Origin: Camelus ferus | Lineage: Eukaryota | Length of the DNA stretch: 64,000 bases | NCBI RefSeq assembly: GCF_009834535.1 | Contig: NC_045697.1 | Span: 114,764,001-114,828,000 of the forward strand | Direction: 5' to 3' | Part shown: piece by piece, positions 11,090 to 23,915 of the stretch | How the letters are laid out: the number at the start of each line of letters is the position of its first letter | Position numbering within the stretch: position 1 is the first letter of the stretch | Position numbers and translations under genes: made by a program | Notes under the pieces: generated by a model | Seen by the model: the letters and a program-made list of their open reading frames with translations, nothing else | Database searches by the model: none | What the model was told of the DNA's origin: nothing

Positions 11090-13560
11090 ATTTACTTTTG
11101 ATATGTCAGTTCTCGTTTCATTTAATATTTTATAAGTTCACTTACAAATTTTCATTTATACTTGTGTTATTGCAAGTATGTTGTTTAATTTCTGATATTC
11201 GGGGATATTCCAAATATGTGTTATTAATTTCTGATTTTATTCATTTCTGATTAATTTCTTTTGTAGTCAGAGAAAAAAATGTGTATGAATTCACACTCTT
11301 AAACTCACGGAGACTTATTTCACTGCCAGCATGCTGCTTACCTTGGTGAACTTTCCATCTGCATTGAAAACAATGTGTTCTCTGCCAGTACTGAATGTAG
11401 TATTTTGTGAATATCAGTCAGGTCAGTTGAGGTGAGGGTGCTGGCTTTCATATACTTACTGATTTTCTATTTGTTTTATCATTTCCTGAGAGAGGAGGGC
11501 TGAAATCTAAATCTAGAGCTGTGTATTTATTTATATATTTTTTCTTTTATATATTTTTGCTTTGTGTAGTTTGAAGCTACATTGTTAGTTGCATGAGTAT
11601 TGAAGATTTGTGTCTTCTTTATAAATTAACTCTCTCTTAATTGTTAAATTAATGCTTTATTTCTGGTAAACTTCCCTGTTCTGAAATGCATTTTATCAGA
11701 AATTAATATACCTACTCCAGCTTTTATGATAAATTTTATATGATGTATTTTATGTTATTTTAAATTAAACTTTTTTGTCCATATTAACACTGTTTCTTGT
11801 AATAATATAGTTGGGTCGTGTGTTTTTATCCATTTAGACAATGCCCACCTTATATTTGTAATATTTAAACCATTGTTATATATGTATCAAAATGATTGAC
11901 ATTGAAGCATATTATCTTATATGTTTTCTATCTGTCATATCCTTTTAAAAGTTTTTTTTTTCTCTTTGCTTTCTTTTGGATGAATTGTATATTTTCATTT
12001 TACTTTTACTCTGAATTATTGGATTGATATATATACCTTTTGGTTTACTTTTATTGGTTCTTCTTATAAAAGTTATAAAGTATTTAAAACTTCAGAGTCA
12101 TTTTTTGCTTTCTAAAAGTTAAAAAAACAGGAATTGTATTTTATTCTTATATATTTACTATTTCTTCTAGCCTTCATTTCTTTACATAAATATAAATTTC
12201 CATCTTTATTTTTTTCATCCTGAATCACTTTGACATATCATCTTTTTCTGTCAATTCTTTAAAGATATTATTTTATTTATATTCTGGCTTTATTTTTCTA
12301 AAGTTGGGTGCCATTTTAATCTTTGTTATACTGTCTTTTCTTGTTTGTTTTTCTGGCTGCTTTGAAAGTTGTCTTGCTTTCATTTTGGTTAGCACTTTGA
12401 TTAAGCTGTAACTTGATATGATTTTCCTTATGTTTATCTTGAGCTTCTTGGAGCTGTGTGTTTATAATTTATAACTTTTATAAAATTTGGAAAATGTTGG
12501 GCCATTATTTCTTCAGAATGTTTTTCGCTTTAGTTTCTCTTCTCAGATTCCAATTATGTGTATGTCAAACATATAATATTATCCCTGGAATACCAATTGT
12601 TTTTCCTATCTTGTCATTCTATGTGCTTCATTTTGGATCAATTCTAAATAAGCCATCTAGTCCAGTGATATTTTCTTCCTCAGTGACTATATTTTGGAGA
12701 GTATCTCCAATGATCTTCTTTGTTAAATTCTAGATACTGTATTATCTCTAGAATTTTCATTTGTTTTTTAAAAATATATCTTTTTTTCTTAGTATGCCTG
12801 TGTTTTCCTTTATATTCTTAAGCATACTTATGGTACCTGTTTTAAATCTTTGTCTACTAATTATGTCATTTATGAATTTATTTATATTGAGCTTCCCATT
12901 CCTGCTTTCTAGAATGTCTAGTATCTTATTAGATATCAGTATTAATGAATATCAATTTGCTGAATGTTAGGATTTATAATTTATCACTTTTTTCCCCAGC
13001 TTTATTGAGACATAATTGACATACATCACTGTATAAGTTTAAAGTACACAACATGATGGTTTGATTCACATATATTATGAAATGATTAACACAATAGGTT
13101 TAGTTAACATCTATCATCTTTTATAGAAACAATAAGAAGAAAAATAATACGTCTTGCTGATGAAAATTTAACAATTTTTAACAGTTTTCCTTCATATTAT
13201 ACAGCAGTGTTAACTATCGTCGTTGTGTTGTATATTTTGATTTAAAAAAGGTCATAGTGTGTTTGGGAGTTATTTAAACTGCCAAATTGAGTCTATACAA
13301 CTTTGTTTTTAAGGTTTGCTAATGAGGCTTTAGATTATCTGTTATTCTGGTGCTAATTTAGCCCTATTACTAAGGCGTTACCCTTTGACAACTGCACCGA
13401 ATGCCCTGAGGTTTCCACCAGGTCTCTCCTCAGTGGATGATAAAAAATTGAATACCTTCTAACTTTGCCTTCTGTATATCATTTACCATGTAACGCCCTA
13501 GTTATTTTTTTCCAACCTCTTGGAGATTTGCCCTTCCCATTTGCAGATAAGAATTAAACA
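11090..13560 (-). mobile_element. Old degraded L1 (L1M-type)
   Basis: Long T-rich stretch with antisense L1 motifs (tgtgttctctgccagtactgaatgtagtattttgtgaatatcagtcaggtcagttg, atatacctactccagcttt, tttggaaaatgttgggccattatttcttcag). Confidence 0.75.
12988..13235 (-). mobile_element. L1 3' end fragment nested in the older L1
   Basis: cagctttattgagacataattgacatacatcactgtataagtttaaagtacacaacatgatg is an antisense L1 3' UTR end. Confidence 0.75.
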
Positions 13561-13599
13561 AAATATGTATATATAAATGTATGTATATACATACATAAC

Positions 13600-13960
13600 A
13601 AAACAGTAAAATGTAAGGGAAAAAAATAAAATGATAAATGGACAAGAATAGGCATTTATAAAATCAAAAACTGATTCTTTGAAAACATCGATGAAATAGT
13701 CAAACACAAAACAGAGTACATAGTGTTGACTCATTTAGATGAAATTCTAGAAGTGAAAAATAAATCTATAGTGACAGAAAGTAGAACCTGATTGCTCCAT
13801 TTGGATTAAGAAATAATTTCAAAGGAGTACAAGGGAATTTTGGGGGGTGATAAGCGTGTTCTATAAATTGATTGTGTGGTGGTTACGTGGGTATATACTT
13901 TTATAAAAAGTCATCACTTAAGAGTGGGCTTTTTGGCATATAATTTTAACCCACATAATG
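13600..13960 (+). mobile_element. Old L1 fragments (ORF2 piece and L1ME-like 3' end)
   Basis: aaaatcaaaaactgattctttgaaaacatcgatgaaat; aaatctatagtgacagaaagtaga...gggaattttggggggtgataa...ggttacgtgggtatatac. Confidence 0.6.
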
Positions 13961-14547
13961 TTTGCTTACTTAAATAAAGGGACAATGTAGACATATTTGA
14001 AATTCATTTATGCATTAAGATTGACTGGTACTTGGAAATATTGTATTCTTATTCAAATAGGAAAAATGGCATATTGGAGTGCTTTATATCTATAAACCTA
14101 CCGATTCTCCAAATTAGGACTTTCATGTTATTATTCTATTGGTAACAGCAGTTATATTAGTGATAAACATGATCATCATTGTTATTTGAATAATTAGGTG
14201 ATGTAAAATATCATATGACATATTTCATTGTTGAAAATTCCTATTTTAGCACTTATTTCAAAATAAAAATACATCTCCTCTAAGTCTACTAGAAAATGTT
14301 TATTCAGCACACACACAAAAATGATAAATCACTCCTTTTCTAGTTTTATCTATATATACTTTGTATACTTCTTCTACTTTCATTCTCAAACTTTTCATTT
14401 CCACCCCAAGATTTTCTTCTACAATAGCAAAGAAACTTTGAGGCTATGTACTTCAAATTTTCTTTAGATTGTTAACTCTTTTTTTGGTAACTCTTCCTCT
14501 GTAGTAATTCAATAAGTCTTTTATTTCCATTTTAGGTGTGGTCTAAC

Positions 14548-15026
14548 TGTCATACCAGTGGCATCCTTTGTCCATCACCAGGAGCAGAAGTCTGAGCACT
14601 TCTGCTCACTGCATCTTGGTGTTAGAGTCTTCAAGGAAGACACAGTACAGTCCACCTCAAGACAGAACAAGGCTTTCTTCTCAGAGAGAAGAAACAGAGT
14701 GAGATCAGCTTCAGTAGTGGGCATTGGTCCCCCCATGGTCGTGGGGTCTCCTCCAGTGGCAGCAGACAGGGACACAATCCCTCTTGTGGAGTAGAATGAA
14801 GGACCTCCTCCCCTTCCCAATGCAGGCAGAGTAGTAGGGGGGTTGGTGAGGTGCCGTTTCACACACACTTGAGTAGAGGAAAGGAGCACACACTGAGTTG
14901 GAAACAGGGAAGGATCATCCCACACAATGTGATAAGCCTGCACGGGTTGGGTTGTGATGTCTCTTTAGCTCTTGGTGAGGAAGTGGAACCCCAGGGGTGC
15001 CCCATTTTTATACTGCCCAGTATACA
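14548..15026. mobile_element. Probable ancient LTR remnant (family unassigned)
   Basis: GC-richer block bounded by tgtca...tataca in an AT-rich context; no TSD recovered; ORFs unrecognisable. Confidence 0.35.
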
Positions 15027-15049
15027 AGACTCAAAAGACTGTGTGCACA

Positions 15050-15176
15050 GAGGTGGTGGTCATCATGCTGCAATATCTAAATGTATCAAGTCAACACATC
15101 ATACATCTTAAATTCACACAAAGTTATACTAATTCTATCTCAATAAAATAAAATTTTTTTAAAGGTGAAAAAAAAA
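15050..15176 (+). mobile_element. Short L1 3' tail with 17-bp TSD
   Basis: L1 end (...atacatcttaaattcacacaaagttatactaattctatctcaataaa + poly-A); TSD aaaagactgtgtgcaca (15033-15049) / aaaagattgcatgcaca (15177-15193). Confidence 0.8.
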
Positions 15177-17619
15177 AAAAGATTGCATGCACAAGAGACT
15201 GCCTTTCCCAACACTGTCACTATATGCTTGATTTGAAATGAATTCAGATACTAAAGTATACTTATTCAAGCCAACAAAACAAATGTAAAAGTTATTTCAA
15301 ATTAAAAATGTATTTAGGCTTTTTTCTTTATATATTCTGGATACTAGTCTTAGAGTATTTTCCCCCAGGACTTGGCTTACCTGTTATTTTCTTAATATTT
15401 CTTATTATTGATCTTTGATAATGTTGCACAATTTCCCTAATTTTTCTCACAGCTGAATTTCTCTTCAGTTTCCAAATGACCTTTCCACCTACAAGTATTT
15501 ACCCTTTTTAAAAATTTTCCAAGTCATCACAGTAAACTTCTTTAAGAAAAAAGACAAGTCAGATCTATAAACCCCAAGTTACAAGTATTTTTTCTGGATC
15601 GAATTTTACTTAACTGCTCTTCCATTTTTTGGTCAAATATTTCCACGTCAGTGTTTTCAAAAGTAGAAGCAGTCATTTTGTTTCCACTTCCTACTTAATA
15701 TTCGACCCTGCACAGTAACCGTGTGTCATATGCATTTAATAATACTTTCAATTAGTCACTAATTTTCCTATATCTTAGATTCATAAACTTGTTCAGAATC
15801 CCAAATTTTTGCAATTTCAGCTCCCTGATTTTGACTCTATGATATCATGCTTTCTATTAAGATTGTTTCAAGCGATGTATAATCCAGATTCTTCAAACCG
15901 TCCAACTTGAAGAGAAAAACAAATGTATACTGCCAACGAGAAACAGTAATCCTCTTACAGTAAGCCTTGTCCATGAAATTGGTAAAAGTTTAATTCATAT
16001 TTGAAAGTACCTCCACAAATATTTATGAGTTCAGGAGTGAGGGGATGAGTGAGTGCTGGATGAATTTCAGTTTATTATTTGCGATGTACTTGTGTTGATT
16101 TAAACTCCCTTTTTCTTTATGCCCTCCATTGCTAAGACATCCAGTGAGATTAAATTTTGTGAATCCACCTTAATTATTAAATGTGTTTTTCCTTGTGTTC
16201 AAAATAACAGGCTTAAGACATTGATCATTAATTCTTATTGCTTCCTAGAGCCTTAATGCTATTTCCTCATGCTTTACTGTCACTTTCTGCTGAAGGGCTG
16301 GTGTTAGGGGCTAGCATTACCAAATATTTCCTCTCCTTTTATAAAACCATTTTGTTCTAATGCAGTGTCACTCTCCTGACTCATTCTTTGTATTTGGATC
16401 ATTTATTTGTTTGTTTAAGTCATTATTTTAAAACTTCATACACAGACTCTCGTCTATAGTAACCACATTACCAATGGGCAAATCTTACAATTAACCCAGA
16501 TAGCCTGCTTATTAACTTAATAGAATAGTTTTTTTTCGAAAATCTTTTCAATCCATTCATAGCACATGTCCAGATCTTAATAATAAAACAATTTCCTTTC
16601 CTCTCACTATGTAGGTTTGCATTTCTTCCTGTGGATTTAATTATAAAAGTATCAATTTCAATCAAATGTCTCTCCCGAGCAAGAGGAAATTTCTTACTTA
16701 GCCAACTGGAAACTTGTTTTAGAGGAAACAGTTGATATGTCAACAGAAGTAGGGACTAACGTGGTCTCCTGTTAATACCAGGACACCTATCTGCCCAGCC
16801 TACAAGACTGTAAATTAATGTTCACTCAGTAAATAAGCCTGGAAAAAAGATGTCCAGTGTCTTTGATCTGATGTTGGGGGTAACAGGAATTCTGATTCCA
16901 GTAATTCTAACAATTACTACTTGAATCAGACTGAAGAGTCTACCAGATTGGAAGATTGCCACTCAATAAGACAACAACATACAGTAATTGATAAATCTAA
17001 GCATTTGGTGTTATTTCTCTTTTACCTGAAATTAAACAATTGGGTGGGGGAAAGGATAAAGACGGTTTATTTTTGACTTAACACAGAGCTAGATATCTTC
17101 TAAGACAGGCTTGGAAGACAAGTAACTAAGATATTAAACATTAACATTAGAAGGGAATTTATGTTTCTTACCTTTACTTTTGGCTGACATGTTCCTCCAG
17201 CCTCTCTTTGAACTGCGGGTTATTTTACTCTGTTCAAGGACAGCGATGTGAGAGCAGGTGGGATTATAAATTTGGATGCTAAACTTGTGTGTGTTGCTGC
17301 ATGCACATGTCAAATCATTTTTTAAATGGGTTGAGTTCTTTATAGCATCCTAGATGGATTGGTAGCAACTGGTTCACAGACCACCTCTGAGAATCCCCGC
17401 TCCATGCCAAATGCTGAAGATATCTGAAGACCAAGAGCCAAAAGGGAAAATATCTTCTTTAGGATTTGGAAGCGTTCAGTGTAGCTGCAGCATAAGACAC
17501 AGTATGAGTATAGATATTGATACCTCTCTCTATAGATCTTAAAAATATATGCTTGGCTATGTATACACACACGCATATACATCTACTTCTCTATGAGGGA
17601 GACTTTCTCAGTTAAAGAC

Positions 17620-18085
17620 GTATTGCAACCTTGCACTGATTTATACTATAATGAAAATGCTTTATCTCCTTATCTCCTGCTTGACCTAAAATGCTCCTTT
17701 CACCATTTTTCACCTGGATAACGCCTGGTTAAACTGAGAGCATCAGTTAAAATTGACATCTTTCAAATCTGTCATCACTGCCTCGCTTCTTGGTACTGTA
17801 TCTGTGCAGGCGTTCTTTCTTTCCCTCTAAACTCCCACGTTACGCCTACAACCCCAGTATAAATATTAACAATGTACTCTTCCCTTGCAAAATTGTGTGG
17901 GTCTGGACAAACTTACACAACACATTATATATAAGGTTATATTTAAACAGTGTAATCTACAAGTTCTTACTATACATTAAAACACAGAAGGACAGAATCT
18001 GTATCTTGTTTGTGTATAGTTTTTTAGCATCTGAGGCTCCATACACAAAAACATTTAATAGATATTGAATTGAGATAGGTTGACT
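17620..18085 (+). mobile_element. L2 3' remnant
   Basis: agaaggacagaatctgtatcttgtttg...acatttaatagatattgaattga resembles the L2 3' end. Confidence 0.5.
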
Positions 18086-18189
18086 GAATCTACATTTTAA
18101 TTTTTCATCTGAGAAAATGTTCTTTGATGAGAAAACTGGAGACATTTTAGAATGATAACAAAATCATACATAAAGTAAGGTTACATCAA

Positions 18190-18345
18190 AAGTAAGTGCT
18201 TAAGCCAACTCTGTGAGAGAAAAATGCCCAGTGTTTTGGTGCTTGTCAATTTCTGTGTTTGTAAATCCTCCCACCAAGGCCAATGTCAAGTTGCTAATGA
18301 GACGTCATTGAATTCAGACTTGAAAACTCACTCTCACGTCATCTA
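18190..18345. mobile_element. MER63-like hAT MITE remnant
   Basis: ttgtcaatttctgtgtttgtaaatcctcccaccaaggccaatgtcaagttgctaatgagacgtcattgaa resembles MER63. Confidence 0.6.
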
Positions 18346-18769
18346 CATAAATATACTTTTCTAATGTATTAAAATAAAGTTATCTCCTTGGCATTTATAG
18401 CTATCTCTGATAATTTAAAAGCTGTTTGAAAGTAAAGTGTAATCGAGTGTTTAGTTTTTTAAAATAACTCTTTTCTAATCTTTCGTGCCATATCTTAAGG
18501 GAATATTTTAAGTGAAAAAAATTAAACTGATTACAGGGGAGCACATTCAGCTGATCAATTTTAACTCATTTATCTGCTGATCTAATCGAAATACTGTTTT
18601 CATCCAATTCAGTATCTCACTTTGGTATTTTACCTAGAAACCCTCTGTGATACTGGCACAAAAATGCTTCGCTGACTAAAAGGACTGTTTCTCAGTGAGT
18701 GTTGTTACCATGTTGGGTGCCACACTGGTCATGATAATAGACATTCCAGTTCCTGTCTCTGTAAATTTA

Positions 18770-18935
18770 AACACCCATTTAACTCACCTAAGCCTCAGTT
18801 TCCTCATTTGTGAAATGGGATCATAAGAACCTGCCTCAGAAAGTTGCCGTCATAGCGAGGTGAAATTCTGTATGTGAACAGCTTTGAATAGTTTAACACA
18901 TCCTGCGGGCTTATAAATGGTACCCATCATTACTT
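18770..18935 (+). mobile_element. MIR SINE
   Basis: Core ctaagcctcagtttcctcatttgtgaaatgggatcataagaacctgcctcaga. Confidence 0.8.
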
Positions 18936-19407
18936 TCATGGAGATCTTCCAAAAAAAATAATGTGTAACTATTAAAGAGATGCCTACAGATCCTAAATGA
19001 AGTAAATGAGCCTTGTTTTTCATCTTAGCACAGTGAATTGCAGAAGAGTAGTTTCCTCTGGGGGGAGAAATGGTTATTTTCAGGGACAGGGTACACAGGG
19101 GACTTCTACAGTGCTTCTAATATTCCATTTCTTCTGCTGGGGTCTTATGGGTATTCAGTTTGTAATTATTTGTTAAACTACACACACAAGTGGCATGGCC
19201 CCTTCGACGGGATTATTTTGCACTAAAATGATTAAAATGATTATATATATACATACATTCGTGTGTATGTTATATTATATTACATTAAATATAAAAGACA
19301 TTAAAATGTATCTTATATTATGTGATATTATATATGTCTATACATACATATTCCTCTTAATGATTGAAGATTGCATAAAATATATAAGCTACCTATAGAA
19401 ATAATAT

Positions 19408-19785
19408 TGCAAAAGAATTTTAATCTAGAATGGCACTGGAGGAGATGAAATGCAGAATCTCATGCACGCACCTTCAGAAGAACTGGACTGAAGAACCGAG
19501 AGACTGATTTCGATTCAATGCCTGATTTACAGAAGACTGAGTATTATCTCCTGACCCATGAACATCCACCAAGAATCTGTCTCTGTCTTCTAACCAATGC
19601 ATTTGTGGCTCAGACTCTGGCTGAATTCCCCTTTCTTTGCACTCCTTCTTGTAAATACAGCCCAACTCAAACCCTCAGTGGACTTGCCCGTAGCCTACTT
19701 CAGCGTGGGATTCCCAAATTGCAATTCCTCTGCTATTCTCAAGCCATTTCAATATCAGGTAAATTGGGCTTGCTTCAGTTTGACA
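19408..19785 (+). repeat. 5' LTR of provirus
   Basis: tgcaaaagaattt...tttgaca; homologous to 25479-25885 (shared ctcctgacccatgaacatccaccaagaa). Confidence 0.85.
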
Positions 19786-20079
19786 TTCAAAGGCCATAGA
19801 AAGTGGGATCGGAAGGAGAGGACCCCCAAAAGGATGACAACCCTTCCAACCCTCAGAATCGTAGGAAGGACCCGCACTGAGCTCCTGGCGCTCAGTGCTT
19901 CTTAAGTCACTATCTGCTTCTGGTTTGGTGAGTCTCCTCCCTCCTTTGGTCAAGCTCTCCAGCTTTATTCAGGATTTAGATAAAAACAGATGGTCCTCTG
20001 ATGAGTACATTTTTGATTTCTGAGTTGGGGTGTGCTTGGTTTAGATTTAAACTTGAGGATTTTATTGAGAGCAAAGCTA

Positions 20080-21540
20080 AAATTAAAATACAACCTAGAA
20101 TGACAATGGCATTATGAGGAATGTTCTAATTAGACACAATTGTTTATCTAAAAAGTTCACTTGAAAACAAGGGTTCCCAAGTCAAACAAAATGAGAGAAC
20201 TATTTTAATTGGCAGAATTATCCAGAGTCTCCAAAATTCCAAAATAGCTTCACTGAAGAATTCACTAAAAATGTTAATGAAAAATCAAAGATACACTAGG
20301 TACCTAAAATAAGAGACTGTAAGACTGAGATAACCCCTGCTGTTCCTTTCTGGCCTTCTTTATTTGAGTACCTGTTTTACTAATCCTCTCTAAATTATCT
20401 TTCCACTTTAAAGAGACTATCAACAAAAGTCCACCAAAGTAATGACCTTACAGACACCGTCATACCTTGGTGTAAAGAAATTCCAGCAAATGGGTCCCTC
20501 CCACTGTCGAGAGGACTCCCAGGGATTCAGAGTTAAGTGCTACAAGTTAGTCCCTTAAGCAGCTGAAGGGAAACTAGAATTCAAATTAATACAGAACCTT
20601 GCCAAATTCTGGGAGATACCAGAGATACACTGACTTAAACCCGACTCATTCCAGAGCCTGCAGCTAGGAGCCTCGGAAAACTGGCAGAAGCCAGCAACGG
20701 GCAAGAATCCTTACTAGGTCCGCTCTCCCAAACCTCTGTCTGTAGTCCCCAGTCAAGAGAAGAAGGGAAAATTTCACGGTGTCCCGTCCTTCCCAAATCC
20801 TGACGCATTTGTCATTGAGCCTTTCTCTCCTGGAGACAGCTGTTGTCTTCTTGTTTGTTTTGTCTTGTGTCCCGAGAACTTGGCTTGACAACTGTCAGGT
20901 TGGAGGCCCCCAAGTACGGCAGGTCAGAAATGTGAGTTGCATCTCATTTCCAACTATATATGTATGGCTAGACAAAAATGTGGGTTTGACTCCAGTTGCA
21001 GCTAGGGTCCTATGAATTCCTGCCAGCCCCCAGGGGAATTGTCGAAATCTTTCTTTCTTTTGGTTATCTTTGAGAATGACTTTGCATCTTGGAGGGTAGG
21101 GTCTTTTTGGCCCTCTTCAGGGACACTTCTTGAGTCCAAAGTTTCATTCAATTCTTCCAGAAATATTTACTATTTGTCCCAGCTAAAACCTGACAAAATA
21201 TTTGAAAGAATTTTTGTCAGTTGCTTTATGATCAGAGGTTAGCTAAATTGGAAGCCAACTTTCAGAACCTGGTAGAATTTTTTTAAGTATTCTCCAGTAA
21301 GCCAAATCAAAACATATTCCTAGATGGAAGGAAAAACACTCTGAAGCTTTTGTGGAAGGATTTATTAAAACATTCCAAAGGCAAAGCTCTAAAATTCCAG
21401 AACATAGGAATCTTTTGATGTTCATCTTAGTTGAAGACCTTCTCCAGGATCTAAAGAAGCAAATTGAAGATAATGTAGTTGGATGAGTGGATCTACCTAC
21501 GTACAATGTCATTTAAGTGGCAACAAATTGCTTGAGGGAT
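20080..21540 (+). pseudogene. Degraded ERV gag fragments (matrix-like ~20092-20175; capsid C-terminal-like ~21337-21540)
   Basis: NLE*QW/L*GMF*LDTIVYLKSSLENKG and HSEAFVEGFIKTFQRQSSKIPEHRNLLMFILVEDLLQDLKKQIEDNVVG* resemble class I ERV Gag; stops and frameshifts present. Confidence 0.6.
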
Positions 21541-22327
21541 TAAAAAACAACCACACTTGGTCTTTGCAAGAACAGAACTGGCAGCTCTCAAAGGCAGCTC
21601 TCAAAGCCATTCAAAGCCCACCAGTCCTTTTTTCAGTCCCCAAACCTCCCATACTTATCTCAAAAGGCTTGTAGATATTATGTAAGATCTGTATTTAAGA
21701 AATAAAAGTCTCTCTTTGAGGAACTTGCATTCTTTCCCTGTGCCTTTGAGATGTAAATATTCTACCCAGTCTTCTCCAGGACCTCTGATCTAGGCATCTG
21801 TTTGAAATGCAAACTTCAAAGAGGAAATTCTTGTCAGAAGGAAAACAAAAAAACAAATGAAAAAGCTATTTGGAATTTAGGCAAATAAAAAATCTTGAGT
21901 CTTCCTTATAAGTATCAGTAAAAAGTTCGTCAGCTGAGCAGGTAACATTAACTTATTCCATCTGCCAGAAACACAATTAGGATCTGACTGTCACTAGTAA
22001 AACTTCCATTATTGTGCCTGTCTCATGGCTAAAATTTTAAAATAAAAGCTGTAAGAACTCTGTTTGCCTCTGTCTGTAGGTTTATATGTACGTCATCGAT
22101 GTGATATTTTTCTACCTCTGGATGGTGCTGCCAAAATTTATTTGTAAAAGAGCTCTATTTAATTGGCTTATAAAAATAAGAGCTTATCAAATGAAGTATT
22201 TCTAGACTCTCAGAAATATTGAAACTCAATTGTTTTTTTTCTAGTTTATGTGATCTGACATAATCTTTGGTAAATAAAAGTTACTTTTAAGTTTTGTTTG
22301 TCTGTTTAATTAAAACAGGAATGTCTT

Positions 22328-22506
22328 AGGAGGGAGGGTAGAGCTCAGTGGTAGAGCACGTGCTTAGCATACACAAGGTCCTGGGTTCAATTCCCGGTAC
22401 ATCCTCTAAAAAAATAAACAAGTAAACCTAACTACTTACCCCTCAAAAAAATAAAAACCAAACCAACCAACTAACAACAACAACAAAAGAAAACAAACAA
22501 ACGAAC
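22328..22506 (+). mobile_element. tRNA-Ala-derived SINE inside the provirus
   Basis: gagctcagtggtagagcacgtgcttagcatacacaaggtcctgggttcaattccc; TSD aaacaggaatgtctt/aaataggcatgtctt. Confidence 0.9.
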
Positions 22507-23239
22507 AAATAGGCATGTCTTTCAAGTTACCAGCATTAAATATACTGCAGTCATGAAACTGTTACTCTACCCAGGTTTACTAGAAGTTAAAGCTCACGTT
22601 ATCTCTGTTATGGAATTTTTCAGCAAGAAAGATAAAGATGATGGTTAGCTGTTTAATGTTTCATAAAAATTTCGTGAGTAATCCAAACATAATTGTTAAG
22701 AACAAATTAAATAGAAGTAAGATAAAAGTTTATAAATGGACTTTTCAGCAATAACTATGCTTTACTTAAAGTGTGTCTACTTAAAAATAGTTTCCCAATC
22801 TTTTTGGTAACATGCAATTTTAAAGTTATACTAAAATAACTTAAGTGATGAATATTCATCAAATAGCTGGATCATTTCCAAGCAAGATAAAATACTGCAA
22901 TATTAATTACTGAAAATTAGTTTAGCCACACTGGTTTCTTTTTACAGAGGAACTAAAGATAGTTGGGTATATTAAACATGTTTTGTGCCACATTGGAAAA
23001 TTTACTTGGAGAAAGAATGTGCTTCTAGAGGTTATACAATGTGTCTATAAATTTGTCAGTCCACAGTTGCCTGCTTCTTACTTTTCACTAAAATTAATGT
23101 TTCGAAGGGTTAAGAATTCTAATATGTGTGGTAAAACTACTAGAAATAGTAAGAGAAATATCTCTGTATGCATAAAAAGTAGAATGTGTTTTTGGCTAAG
23201 AAAGAGATGCATTTTTGTTAAAAAAAAAATAAGTAAATT

Positions 23240-23313
23240 TGGCACGACTGGGACATTGTGCTGCACACCAGAAATGAACACAATGTAATTGATTGTACTT
23301 CAAAAAAAAAAAA
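23240..23313 (+). mobile_element. ~75-bp L1 3' tail inside the provirus
   Basis: gactgggacattgtgctgcacaccagaaatgaacacaatgtaattgattgtacttc + poly-A; TSD aagtaaatt on both sides. Confidence 0.8.
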
Positions 23314-23915
23314 AAGTAAATTCATCTTAAACTAAAGATGGTTATTTCAGAATAGGAAAAGGGAGAACAGAGAGCAAACTAAATGGAAATAGAAAGTTAT
23401 GAAGGGAGAGAGACAGAGAGAAGTAGAGGGAAGGAAAGAGAGATAATCTTTTGTGGTCAAGCTGGCTAAAATTGAGCTAATTTATTACAAGCATTTTATA
23501 AATAAGTTTTAATATGAACAAAGTACTTCTGTAAAATTGGAACTTGATTTTCTTTCATTTGACTAATGGGCAACGTTTTGGGGGACTGTTGGTCTTTTCT
23601 TGATCAGCAACTGTGAAAGGTTTTCCTTTATCTTTTAAGTAATTTGTCTAGAAAGCAAAGATTATGTGTTTTATTAAAATAATTTCCTGCACTTTGTGTT
23701 CTCTTTAACAGATATCTGATTACTTAAGAAAACTCAGTCTTCCTAATACTTAAAGAGCTAAGTTTTGTTCATAAACTATATAACCTTTTGCATTTGCCTT
23801 AACATCTTCTACTGTTTCTTTGGCTAAATAGACAGTTATTATTTCATAATGATTTATGATTTTATTTATTCAGAGGTTCAAATCTTTTGATATTTGACAA
23901 CTTCCCAAAACCTAA

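Noticed and set aside
14536..14794. Coding exon after ttttatttccattttag
   Set aside because: Translations unrecognisable and the block looks like an old LTR remnant.
16614..16720. Third OR relic (acceptor followed by NQMSL...EIFLLS)
   Set aside because: No downstream OR motifs could be followed; indistinguishable from chance.
17172..17190. MSAKSK as the start of PRR16 or an ADH exon 1
   Set aside because: Only six residues; the intron position does not fit and no following exons were found.
22328..22410. tRNA-Ala(AGC) genes (also at 4293, 8987, 9400, 27533, 36284, 41739)
   Set aside because: Each has a shared non-tRNA body, an A-rich tail, TSDs and stem-breaking substitutions: SINEs, not tRNA genes.
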